This document shows, one piece after another, positions 38,001-46,972 of a DNA stretch of 64,000 nt. This stretch comes from Candidatus Uhrbacteria bacterium. Lineage in GTDB: Bacteria; Patescibacteriota; Patescibacteriia; UBA9934; GWF2-40-263. Made by a program: the position numbers and the translations under genes. The DNA lies in contig JACPHU010000010.1 of NCBI GenBank assembly GCA_016188495.1, forward strand, positions 349-64,348, read 5' to 3'. Numbering within the stretch: position 1 is the stretch's first letter; the number at the start of each line of letters is the position of its first letter. The notes under the pieces were generated by a model. That model made no database searches and had not been told where the DNA came from. It saw only the letters and a program-made list of their open reading frames with translations.

Positions 38001-38564
38001 ATGTTCAATCACAAAAAGAAAACCATTTACGCAGATGATGACACGGAAACCGTACCCCTTCTGCTCAGACTACGGTTGCCCTCTCTATTCATCGGACTTT
38101 TTTTGGGTATTGGAATTTCTTTTCTTACATCGCGATTTGAAGACGTGTTGGAAAAAAATATCCATGTGGCTTTTTTTATCCCTTTTGTCGTTTATCTTGC
38201 AGACGCGATCGGCACACAGACGGAAACGATTTTTTCACGGGACCTTAAAACAGGCAAGGCCTCTTTTCATTCCTATCTGATAAAAGAAGCTTGCATCGGT
38301 TTTGTGGCCGGACTTCTGTTTGGAGGAATCTCTCTGGGAGTCGTTTTGTGGTGGTTCTCTGACTTGTCGCTTGCTTTAAGTGTAGGGATCTCCACGTTTC
38401 TGGCTATTTTTTTTGCACCCCTCATTGCTCTGTGCACAACGCAGGTTCTGAACAATCTGAAGATCGATCCTGCTGCAGGAGCCGGCCCTATTACCACCGT
38501 CATCCAGGATGCGACCAGCATTATCATCTACGGGATCGTTTCCAGTCTCTTTTTTCTTTCCTGA
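38001..38564 (+). CDS. MgtE-type transporter membrane domain
   Basis: LRLPSL, FIPFVVYLADAIGTQT, DPAAGAGPITTVIQD. Confidence 0.88.
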   Translation: MFNHKKKTIYADDDTETVPLLLRLRLPSLFIGLFLGIGISFLTSRFEDVLEKNIHVAFFIPFVVYLADAIGTQTETIFSRDLKTGKASFHSYLIKEACIGFVAGLLFGGISLGVVLWWFSDLSLALSVGISTFLAIFFAPLIALCTTQVLNNLKIDPAAGAGPITTVIQDATSIIIYGIVSSLFFLS

Positions 38565-38638
38565 GGAATGAGTAGTACGTAAGAACTGTTTTCTGATCCA
38601 TCGTTTTTGCGATACAATTGAAGAGATCTCACAACTCT

Positions 38639-39514
38639 ATGAAAATTCGAAAAGCTATTATTCCTGTTGCAGGAATGGGAACGCGCTTTCTTCCAGCTTC
38701 TAAAGCCCAGCCTAAAGAAATGCTCGCCGTCGTTGATAAGCCCGTCATCCAATACATTGTCGAGGAAGCGGTTGCCAGTGGTATTGAAGAAATCATCTTT
38801 GTCACAGCCATTGGAAAACGCGCCATCGAAGATCACTTTGACCGAAACTTCGAGCTTGAATATCGCCTTGAACAAAAAAACAAAATAAGTGAACTCGATA
38901 TTGTTAAACAAATAGGGAAACTCGCCCACTTCGCCTTTGTACGCCAAACCAAACCTTTGGGAGATGGTCACGCCGTTTTATCCGCCCTTCCTTTTATCGA
39001 CCAGCATGAACCCGTTGCCGTCTTGTTTGGAGACGACATTATCGATGCGCAACGCCCTGCATTGGCCCAGCTGATAGACATCTACGAAACCTACGGCGAT
39101 CCTGTGATAGCCCTGCAAAAAGTTCCGAAAAAAGAAGTCTCGCGTTTTGGCGTGATCGGAGGCAAACGCCTCAACCCCAACGTCTGGGAAATCAATCAGT
39201 TCGTGGAAAAACCAGAGGTAGAAAAGGCGCCCTCGGATCTGATCGTCATCGGACGCTACATCCTTACTCCAGAAATTTTTGAACTGCTTCCGCAACAGGC
39301 TGCAGGCAAAGACGGAGAAATCCGATTGGCTGATGCCTTTATTACCCGACTTGAACAAGGAAAAGCTCTCTACGGCTGTAAGTTTGAAGGAATACGTTAC
39401 GACTGCGGAAGCAAGCTAGGATTCTTGAAAGCTCAAGTAGAGTTGGGGCTCAAACATCCAGAAATTGGTTCGGAACTAAAACGGTATTTAACACAACACA
39501 AAAAAACTCTGTAA
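38639..39514 (+). CDS. galU: UTP--glucose-1-phosphate uridylyltransferase
   Basis: KAIIPVAGMGTRFLPASKAQPKEML, IEDHFD, RQTKPLGDGHAV, VEKP, RYDCG.KLG. Confidence 0.95.
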   Translation: MKIRKAIIPVAGMGTRFLPASKAQPKEMLAVVDKPVIQYIVEEAVASGIEEIIFVTAIGKRAIEDHFDRNFELEYRLEQKNKISELDIVKQIGKLAHFAFVRQTKPLGDGHAVLSALPFIDQHEPVAVLFGDDIIDAQRPALAQLIDIYETYGDPVIALQKVPKKEVSRFGVIGGKRLNPNVWEINQFVEKPEVEKAPSDLIVIGRYILTPEIFELLPQQAAGKDGEIRLADAFITRLEQGKALYGCKFEGIRYDCGSKLGFLKAQVELGLKHPEIGSELKRYLTQHKKTL

Positions 39515-39522
39515 ACGTTTCT

Positions 39523-40896
39523 ATGAAGACGCTTTGGCGCAATCTCTCCCTTCTTTGCCTCATGCTCATGCTTGTCGGAGCTGGCTGTGGTGGCAATACG
39601 CAAGCACAAACGCTTGCCACAAAACCTGTCACTCTGACCATCTGGCGGGTGTTTGACGATGACAGCACCTTCTCAAACATCATGAGTTCTTACCAGGCTC
39701 TTCATCCGAATATCTCTTTTAATTACCGAGAACTCCGGTACAACGAATACGAGGACGAACTCCTGCGGGCGTTTGCCGAAGGAGAGGGACCGGATATTTT
39801 TTCCATCCATAACACCTGGATCGGAGAATATAAAAGTTTGATCAAACCCTTGCCCAATTCATTAAAGATTCCCTATTCAGAAACCAGAGGAACGATCAAA
39901 AAAGAAACCGTGTACACCATTCAGGAAGAACCCACTCTTTCCCAAAGAGCCCTCAAAAACGATTACGTAGATGTCGTTGTGCAAGATGTCCTGCGCTCCT
40001 ACAGAGCGAGTGCAAAAGCCGATGTGGAAGAACGCATTTTTGCCCTCCCTTTGTCTGTGGATTCCCTCGCTCTCTATTACAACAAAGACCTCTTAAACGC
40101 CGCAGGAATTCCGGAACCCCCTTCGACATGGACGGAATTTCAAGACAACGTAGGCAAGCTCACAAAAATTGGTGTCGACGATAAGATTATTCAGGCAGGC
40201 GCTAGTATCGGAACAAGCAAAAATGTGGAACGAGCGTTTGATATCCTTTCCATTTTGATGATGCAAAACGGAACACAAATGACAGACAGTCGATATCAAG
40301 CCACCTTTGGTCAGGAAACAGAAGCAGGATTCCTGGCTTCAGAAGCGACTCGTTTTTATACAGATTTTGCCAATCCGCTCAAAGCGGTCTATACCTGGAA
40401 TGCCGATCAGCCCGATTCGTTTGATGCCTTCGTTAAAGGCAACACGGCATTCTTTTTTGGATATAGTTATCATGACGCGTTTATTCGCACAGCGAATCAA
40501 AAACTCAATTACGCTATCACTGCTCTTCCTCAAATTGATGGAGGGAAAACTGTTAATTACGCCAACTATTGGGTTGAAACGGTTGCCAAGTCTTCCAACG
40601 CCGGGGATTGGGCCTGGGATTTCGTGCAGTTTGCCGCTGATAAGGACCATGTCGGATCCTATATAAAGGCGGCAAAAAAACCCGCCGCCCTGCGCTCCCT
40701 CATCAGCGCTCAATTGGAAGACGAATTGCTGTCCATCTTCGCTGGTCAAACCCTCACGGCGCGTTCCTGGTACATGGGCAATAATGCCAACGTCGCAGAA
40801 GAAGCCTTTTTGGATCTGATCGACGCTTATCTCAAAGGAAGCGATCAAGAACGAGCTCTCAAAGACGCTCAAAATAAAGTGAATCAAACTCTATGA
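39523..40896 (+). CDS. Extracellular solute-binding lipoprotein (family 1)
   Basis: LVGAGC lipobox, GPDIF, LPLSVDSLALYYNKDL, PP.TW.EF; no adjacent permease or ATPase. Confidence 0.85.
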   Translation: MKTLWRNLSLLCLMLMLVGAGCGGNTQAQTLATKPVTLTIWRVFDDDSTFSNIMSSYQALHPNISFNYRELRYNEYEDELLRAFAEGEGPDIFSIHNTWIGEYKSLIKPLPNSLKIPYSETRGTIKKETVYTIQEEPTLSQRALKNDYVDVVVQDVLRSYRASAKADVEERIFALPLSVDSLALYYNKDLLNAAGIPEPPSTWTEFQDNVGKLTKIGVDDKIIQAGASIGTSKNVERAFDILSILMMQNGTQMTDSRYQATFGQETEAGFLASEATRFYTDFANPLKAVYTWNADQPDSFDAFVKGNTAFFFGYSYHDAFIRTANQKLNYAITALPQIDGGKTVNYANYWVETVAKSSNAGDWAWDFVQFAADKDHVGSYIKAAKKPAALRSLISAQLEDELLSIFAGQTLTARSWYMGNNANVAEEAFLDLIDAYLKGSDQERALKDAQNKVNQTL

Positions 40897-41618
40897 GAAA
40901 ATCTCTCTTTCTCATTGCTCTTTTCTTCCTCACAATCTTGCCTCAAACGGGATTCGCCTATAATTCCAGAATTTGCCAACAAAGCAGTGTCTGTTTGGAA
41001 AAAGAAGTGGGAGTCTTTATGCAAGGAATCTCTAAAGGTTGTGGAAACTCTGGGGATTGTACGTTGGCAGACATCATGACTGTATTCGTGAACGTGGGAA
41101 ATTACGTGGTTGGAATCATTGGAGGAATTGTTTTATTGATGTACGTTATCGGAGGCTTCTTCATGCTTATTTCAGGAGGTAACAGTGAACGTGTGAAAAA
41201 AGGAAAGCAATATATGACGATTTCAACCGTGGGATTGCTCATTGTCATGTTTTCCTACTTAGGAATTTATGCGTTACGAGGGGTTCTCCAATACGGTTCT
41301 GTCGCGCTCACGGATGCCGAAAACGAATATGTCGCCTGTTCAGGACCGACGGTGGAAGGAAAATCCTGCGACCTAAATTCAACCTGTACCAACGGAGGAT
41401 ATACGTGCGAGTCTCTGTGCCGGCAAAATCACCCCCTCTCTACAACTTCAACAACCCAGGATACGACGATCACCGAATACTACGACTGTGTGGATAGGAA
41501 ATCGACTGCGAGTTCAAGCGAAGAAGGGGGGAACGTCTACTACGTTGAAAGTAGTTGTGAAAAAAATCTCTGTCCTGGAGATGTAGACGTCCAATGCTGT
41601 CAGCTCAAACGCAGATAA
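40893..41618 (+). CDS. TrbC/VirB2-like pilin with Cys-rich C-terminal domain
   Basis: Signal peptide, two-TM core GGF.MLISGGNSERVKKGK...GLLIV, many Cys. Confidence 0.8.
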   Translation: MRKSLFLIALFFLTILPQTGFAYNSRICQQSSVCLEKEVGVFMQGISKGCGNSGDCTLADIMTVFVNVGNYVVGIIGGIVLLMYVIGGFFMLISGGNSERVKKGKQYMTISTVGLLIVMFSYLGIYALRGVLQYGSVALTDAENEYVACSGPTVEGKSCDLNSTCTNGGYTCESLCRQNHPLSTTSTTQDTTITEYYDCVDRKSTASSSEEGGNVYYVESSCEKNLCPGDVDVQCCQLKRR

Positions 41619-41654
41619 TCCTTTCACTCTTTTTCTTTCTAGAAATTTTGAATC

Positions 41655-41999
41655 ATGAACTCACCTATGCATAAACGAATTCTATTGCTGTTCTACCTTT
41701 TTTTCATCATTCCTCACACGACCCTTGCCGCTGAGCTGACAAACCCGCTCTATACGACAGATATCCGAGATGTGATCGGGCGTATTATCCAAGCGGTTTT
41801 AGGTGTGACAGGAGCGGTCGCTCTTCTCATGTTCGTCTACGGAGGATTTCTCTGGCTTATTTCCGGCGGCGAAACGGAAAAAGTAAAAAAAGGAAAAGAT
41901 ACCATGAAGTGGGCGATTCTGGGATTAGCCGTCATCATCGGTGCTTACATGATTGTCAGCACCATCATCAATGCCCTAGAAAAAGGAACGGTTGCTTAA
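41655..41999 (+). CDS. TrbC/VirB2-like pilin
   Basis: L.NPL, YGGFLWLISGGETEKVKKGK...AILGLAVI..AY. Confidence 0.85.
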   Translation: MNSPMHKRILLLFYLFFIIPHTTLAAELTNPLYTTDIRDVIGRIIQAVLGVTGAVALLMFVYGGFLWLISGGETEKVKKGKDTMKWAILGLAVIIGAYMIVSTIINALEKGTVA

Positions 42000-42146
42000 C
42001 CCGTGTGGATATCTTAGTACTCCAAACACATAAATTTCGGTAAAATAGAATTGAATACAATATTAACTCAACTAATTAGCATTCTCTTTTACTTTTCCTT
42101 CTTTGACTGACAAAGAAGAGAGACCAGTACGAAAGAGGTAACGTTT

Positions 42147-42608
42147 ATGTCAAACATTTTATCTAAAAAGCGTGTCGGTTATTTCCTTGGAGCTCTCATC
42201 GCTTTTTCTTTCGGAGCCACTGCCCTCTTGGGTGTCCATAACGTGCACGCACAAGCGCTCACATCCGACGAGCTCTTTGGAGGAACAGCCACGGGAGATG
42301 AATTTGCCTCAACAGCCGGTTTGGGAGAAGCGGACCTTGTGGATACGATCGGTTCTATTATTCGTGTCGCTTTGGGATTTTTAGGAGTGATTGCCGTGGT
42401 GATTATCCTCTTGGGTGGATTCAAGTGGATGACTGCGGCTGGAAATGACGACAAAGTAAAGGAAGCGAAGAAACTTATTTTTTCAGGAATTGTCGGTTTG
42501 GTAATCGTTCTCTCTGCCTATGCTATCGCAAGCTTCGTGATCAATTCGCTTGTTACAGCAACCGCTGGTAGTACTGAAGAAGAAACAACCACAACAACCT
42601 CCAGCTAA
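42147..42608 (+). CDS. TrbC/VirB2-like pilin
   Basis: GGFKWMTAAGNDDKVKEAKK....GIVGLVIVLSAYAI. Confidence 0.85.
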   Translation: MSNILSKKRVGYFLGALIAFSFGATALLGVHNVHAQALTSDELFGGTATGDEFASTAGLGEADLVDTIGSIIRVALGFLGVIAVVIILLGGFKWMTAAGNDDKVKEAKKLIFSGIVGLVIVLSAYAIASFVINSLVTATAGSTEEETTTTTSS

Positions 42609-42689
42609 TTTCGCCAAAATTTCTTTCGTTTCAAACCCCTGTCGGATACGACGGGGGTTCGCACAAGGGCATGAATCGCGTGCCTTTAT

Positions 42690-43136
42690 GTGAACCCACT
42701 TCAACTTATGACCTTAAAACGTTCAGCTGGTTTAGGAATAATGCTCGTAATCTTTCTTTGTTCGTTTCTGATCGTTTTTGCTCCTCACCCAACATTGGCT
42801 CAAACAGCAACATCTACCATTTCACAGGGATTGCAAAATACCGCCGGCACAACCTATGACACCAACCTGACAGCAACGGTCTTTATAGGAAATCTCATTC
42901 GAGCCCTTATCGGAGCCACAGGTATTCTCTTTCTGGTCATTACGGTGTATGCAGGAATTCTGTATATGACAGCGGCAGGAGACGATACGAAAATCAAAAA
43001 GGCAAAAAGCATGCTCACCAGCTCTGTCATTGGCATCATCATCGTCGTTGGAGCCTATGCCCTCACAAGCTATGTTGTCAGTGCTCTTTCTACGGCAGCT
43101 GTACCAACAACAACAGCACCGGAAAAAACTGATTAA
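42690..43136 (+). CDS. TrbC/VirB2-like pilin
   Basis: YAGILYMTAAGDDTKIKKAK....SVIGIIIVVGAY; true start probably a few codons downstream. Confidence 0.85.
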   Translation: MNPLQLMTLKRSAGLGIMLVIFLCSFLIVFAPHPTLAQTATSTISQGLQNTAGTTYDTNLTATVFIGNLIRALIGATGILFLVITVYAGILYMTAAGDDTKIKKAKSMLTSSVIGIIIVVGAYALTSYVVSALSTAAVPTTTAPEKTD

Positions 43137-43172
43137 TCTTTTATCAATTTCAACTCAATCTATTCATCTCTT

Positions 43173-43559
43173 ATGAAAAATCTTTCTCTCAAGGTAACCG
43201 TCTGGCTCTCTGTCCTTCCGACCCTCTTGCTTCCAGCCGCTGTTTTTGCTCAACTCTCTGATGCACAAACAGATCTTGCAGAAGTCGGTGAGGCTATTGG
43301 AACCGACGCCACGAATAACGATCTTCCAACGCTTATCGGTAACATCATCTCTGCTCTTCTTTCCGTTCTCGGTATCATTTTCGTCGTTTTGGTCGTGTAC
43401 GCCGGTTTCCTCTACCTCACCGCGGCGGGTGACGATACAAAAGTCAAAAAAGCAAAAACGCTTCTTACTCAATCCATCATCGGTCTGGTGATCATCGTCG
43501 CCGCCTACGCGATCAGCGCCTTCGTGATCGATGCTCTTGTCGAAGTAACAGGAACCTAA
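43173..43559 (+). CDS. TrbC/VirB2-like pilin
   Basis: YAGFLYLTAAGDDTKVKKAK....SIIGLVIIVAAYAI. Confidence 0.85.
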   Translation: MKNLSLKVTVWLSVLPTLLLPAAVFAQLSDAQTDLAEVGEAIGTDATNNDLPTLIGNIISALLSVLGIIFVVLVVYAGFLYLTAAGDDTKVKKAKTLLTQSIIGLVIIVAAYAISAFVIDALVEVTGT

Positions 43560-43694
43560 GAGAATTTCAAAATTTTGGAAACACTCGATCAGAAATGGTC
43601 GGGTGTTTTCATTTCAAACAAAAAACCCTGGCTTCGACTCACTCCCGCGTGTTTGCGAGAGTGAGTGAGACCAGGGTCTGGAGTTGAGGAAAAC

Positions 43695-44264
43695 CTAGTT
43701 CCATCTCGGGGTCATTTGATAAGCTCCAATCTGGCGGTGGCCGCCGGGCTTACTTACCAATCCCATGTTGCAGGACAGCACGTCTGAGTCCAGCTTGTTC
43801 GTAGGGCGATAAATTGTCTGAAGACCAAGTCCCTTAACGAGTATCTCCTTCGATGGATGGAGATACGTAATCCCCGGTTCATCTCCCGCCCGCCAGGTTA
43901 TCCAGACATCCGTCTGTGTGGCGAGGTCTAGAGCCAAGACAATTCCATCGTACTGACCGTCTCCATCGCGGTCATAATAGACCTCTCTGAATCCGGTCGG
44001 CTTGCGTGGAGGGGCAAAGATGTCAGCAATGGGCACACCGTGATCTGTAAAAATCACAAGCAGTGAACCTTCTCCCCCACAACGCGTCCGGGCATGCGTT
44101 TGATCCAGCGCGATGATGTGAAGAGTATCAGGTTTAACACTTTCAATATTATAAATCGATACGACCGTAGGCCGACTCAGGACCATCCAATTTGCTTGGG
44201 ACTGAGCCAGAGCCGAACCACAGAAAACCACCAGACTTAGAAGTAAACACAGTCTCAGTCTCAT
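43695..44264 (-). CDS. Hypothetical secreted protein
   Basis: Signal peptide ending SALA; SD GGAGG; DRDGDG acidic loop. Confidence 0.7.
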   Translation of the reverse strand: MRLRLCLLLSLVVFCGSALAQSQANWMVLSRPTVVSIYNIESVKPDTLHIIALDQTHARTRCGGEGSLLVIFTDHGVPIADIFAPPRKPTGFREVYYDRDGDGQYDGIVLALDLATQTDVWITWRAGDEPGITYLHPSKEILVKGLGLQTIYRPTNKLDSDVLSCNMGLVSKPGGHRQIGAYQMTPRWN

Positions 44265-44266
44265 CT

Positions 44267-44770
44267 CTACCTCCGCTCTCGTTCCTGGACAAGAGTCTCA
44301 CCGATAAGCATGGCACAAGCTGCCTGTTCGGCGACCGTCTTTGGTGCGCGATCCTTGGGGCACTCAACGATCGGATCACCCGAGGAAGACTGATTCGCCG
44401 AACCAACGACGGTCCGAGCCGGAGCCAGAGGTGGAAGACCTCCGGATCTACCCGTCCGGACAAATCCACGACCATCGTAAGTGACGGTCGGGGCAGCATA
44501 ACCACCCGCAGACTCACCAACTTCTTCCTGAAACACACCGGTAGTGAGCCGGGTATCTCCATGATGAAGCGTGATCGATATCCCTTTTTTTACAGCCGTT
44601 TCAGCCAATAAGTAAGGACGAGCATCGGTTGCTCTCACTAGATCAGCAGCTCCGCGGGCGGGGCCCGTATAGTTGACTTGTAGGCCCGACTGCGGATCCA
44701 CCTTGGTCAAGGTGGCACAACCAATCATCGACAAGAAAAAAATGCATGCGGACATCAAACCTACTCTCAT
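44267..44770 (-). CDS. Hypothetical lipoprotein
   Basis: MRVGLMSACIFFLSMIGC lipobox; SD AAGGAG before ATG 44770. Confidence 0.65.
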   Translation of the reverse strand: MRVGLMSACIFFLSMIGCATLTKVDPQSGLQVNYTGPARGAADLVRATDARPYLLAETAVKKGISITLHHGDTRLTTGVFQEEVGESAGGYAAPTVTYDGRGFVRTGRSGGLPPLAPARTVVGSANQSSSGDPIVECPKDRAPKTVAEQAACAMLIGETLVQERERR

Positions 44771-44977
44771 TGATTTCTCCTTAAGTTTCCATACCCCTTC
44801 GACTCCGGTTTGTCGAACAAACCTCCGCTCAGGGAATATGATGATCACCACCACTGCTATCTGATTTGAAGGAACAAATAAGGCATTGAGGTAGAGGGGC
44901 TACTTCTATTTAGAAAATGAAAGTAACACATCAATGCCTTATTTATCCCTTCAAATCATACAAAAGAAGAAAAGACT

Positions 44978-45631
44978 CTACCAATTTTTAACTCTTTTGT
45001 CAACCGACACCGCTTGAAAAAGGATGGATCTGGCCATCTCTAATACTTCTCCTTGGGTTGCTTGCTTGCCGTCCACCGCGATGATGACTAGTCGGTCATC
45101 ATATTCAAAAATGAGTTGTTGGGAAATTTCACAGCGATTAGGGATCTCGTCTTCGTAATTGATACATCGCGGTTTGGTGTCTATGGTCATCAGCCAAGCA
45201 GACCGTTCTTTGGTCAGATGAATTTCTTCTCGTGGATAGATAAACGACGCGAGATATTCTTGAGCGTCCACTTGTGGAAGGTAATCAATTTCTACAAAAC
45301 GGTTATTGTTTTTTGTATAGACAAGCACGATCGTGCCTTTGGGAAAAACACCTTGGGTTTGGGTGTAGAGTCCTGTAGCAAACAGATCTGCACCGAAGGT
45401 TTGAGAGGGAGGGGAGATTGTTTGAAACACACGGGTTGTGTCCTCTAAAACAGCCATCCCTGGGACCTCAGGCAACAGTGATCGAACATCTGAAGAAATC
45501 CACCCTAAGAAACGCAGGAGGATGACCATTGAAAGAATCGTAAGCGTCAAAAACAACAAGACTTTTTTATTGGACAGGTGTTGTTTAGACGGATCTTTTT
45601 TGTTGGGTTTGGGGTGTAATCGAGCAAACAT
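44978..45631 (-). CDS. Hypothetical single-TM protein
   Basis: N-terminal TM anchor then extracytoplasmic domain; start taken at ATG 45631. Confidence 0.75.
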   Translation of the reverse strand: MFARLHPKPNKKDPSKQHLSNKKVLLFLTLTILSMVILLRFLGWISSDVRSLLPEVPGMAVLEDTTRVFQTISPPSQTFGADLFATGLYTQTQGVFPKGTIVLVYTKNNNRFVEIDYLPQVDAQEYLASFIYPREEIHLTKERSAWLMTIDTKPRCINYEDEIPNRCEISQQLIFEYDDRLVIIAVDGKQATQGEVLEMARSILFQAVSVDKRVKNW

Positions 45632-45640
45632 AACTGAACG

Positions 45641-45768
45641 AGACTTCTGCAAAACTCGCGATCTTGCCTTTCACGGGCGCCCGTTGACCCCGTTCTCCCT
45701 ACTCTGAGTAGGGTTCTCGGGGCTCAACAGCCCGTTCAAGGCAATCTCATCGAGTTTTGCAGAAGTCT
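45641..45768 (-). repeat. Dispersed hairpin element, family A, overlapping the 3' end of the O-antigen ligase gene
   Basis: Outer stem AGACTTCTGCAAAACTCG/CGAGTTTTGCAGAAGTCT; minus strand reads ..CTCGATGAGATTGCCTTGAACGGGCTG..GGGCGCCCGTGAAAGGCAAGATCGCGAG. Confidence 0.85.
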
Positions 45769-46969
45769 TTAAAGTGATAGCAATCAGGATCCATGTCATC
45801 ACAGCAAGATCATTTTTGAAATAAGGAACATCGACCAGTCCGTGAATAGTCATTTCCAGTAAAGCAAAAAAGGCGATCGTAGAAATGGGGTCTTTTGGAA
45901 CTTTGATGATCGAATAGGTCAGTAAGAAAAAGGCGATCACTCCCAACAGTCCAAGTTCCACCCAGATGTTTAAGAGAATATTATGCGGGTATTGGAAAAT
46001 TTCAAAATGCGTGGCTCGATGATAAGGAATCAACGCTGTTTGGTATCCAGAAAGTCCTGCTCCTAACACCCAATGATCCTTTAAGAGTTCAACGGTTTCT
46101 GTCCATTGAGACAGACGCACTCCTCCTGAATAATCTTGAAGGGTTAATTTTTGTATCACGAGACCGAGCCATGGAGAAATGAGAATAACGAGAGTCGCCA
46201 GAAGACCCAAGAGAATGGTTTTTTTTCTAGAGCTCTGATCAAAGAGTCCTCGTGCAACGACCGTGGCAACAACGGCAACGACCGCTGCTTCTGATTGAGC
46301 CAGGATAATGGCGGTAAAAGACAAGAGACAGACAAAGATCCAAAACAGATTTTTTTTCAGAAAAGAAATTGTAATTCGCTGTGCGATCAATTCCTGAAAT
46401 CCGATGATGAAGATAGGTCCCAAGAATAATCCTACGGCATTAGGATAATCGAAGACGCTGGTCACGCGGCGTTCAATGTCCCATGGAATAGGAAGACCAG
46501 CACCGGTGATCCACTGAATAATTGCCACACTTCCAATAACCATCGCACTCACTCCCAATGCTTTAAACAGTCCTTGAGAGAGAACGTGTCGATCGTTATG
46601 TCGAATTTCAAAGGAAATAATAAAAAACAGCAAAAAAGGTTCAATAAAATAGGCCTTCCAAATACCCACCGCTGCAACGATTTGGGAGGAAACAGCGATA
46701 GATATTGTGGCGGCTAAAATAAGAAGAAGAATAGTGATAAAGATTCCACGTGGAAACATTGGTGTAAATGGGAGTCTATTTCTTTTTATAAACCAAATAA
46801 TAACAAAGGTCAGAATCAACAGTTCCAGAAGGGTTGTGGGGACTGGTCCCATATACGTTCGCAACAAGTAACTCGGGAGAAGAGCGGTTAACAGAAACAG
46901 TCCTTTGTGAAGATCTTTCCAAGTGAGTACGGCGAAAAGACTCGTGAGAATAAGAAAGACAGTGAGCAT
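45671..46969 (-). CDS. O-antigen ligase (WaaL/Wzy_C) family protein
   Basis: Polytopic; R.TSVF.YPN, RLSQW, GAGL.GY, YPHNILLNIWVELGLLG, HGLVD.PYF. Confidence 0.9.
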   Translation of the reverse strand: MLTVFLILTSLFAVLTWKDLHKGLFLLTALLPSYLLRTYMGPVPTTLLELLILTFVIIWFIKRNRLPFTPMFPRGIFITILLLILAATISIAVSSQIVAAVGIWKAYFIEPFLLFFIISFEIRHNDRHVLSQGLFKALGVSAMVIGSVAIIQWITGAGLPIPWDIERRVTSVFDYPNAVGLFLGPIFIIGFQELIAQRITISFLKKNLFWIFVCLLSFTAIILAQSEAAVVAVVATVVARGLFDQSSRKKTILLGLLATLVILISPWLGLVIQKLTLQDYSGGVRLSQWTETVELLKDHWVLGAGLSGYQTALIPYHRATHFEIFQYPHNILLNIWVELGLLGVIAFFLLTYSIIKVPKDPISTIAFFALLEMTIHGLVDVPYFKNDLAVMTWILIAITLKTSAKLDEIALNGLLSPENPTQSRENGVNGRP

Positions 46970-46972
46970 AGA

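Noticed and set aside
39523-43559. Conjugative element/ICE implied by VirB2-like pilins
   Set aside because: No relaxase, coupling protein, VirB4 or integrase in the window; the cluster is embedded among housekeeping genes.
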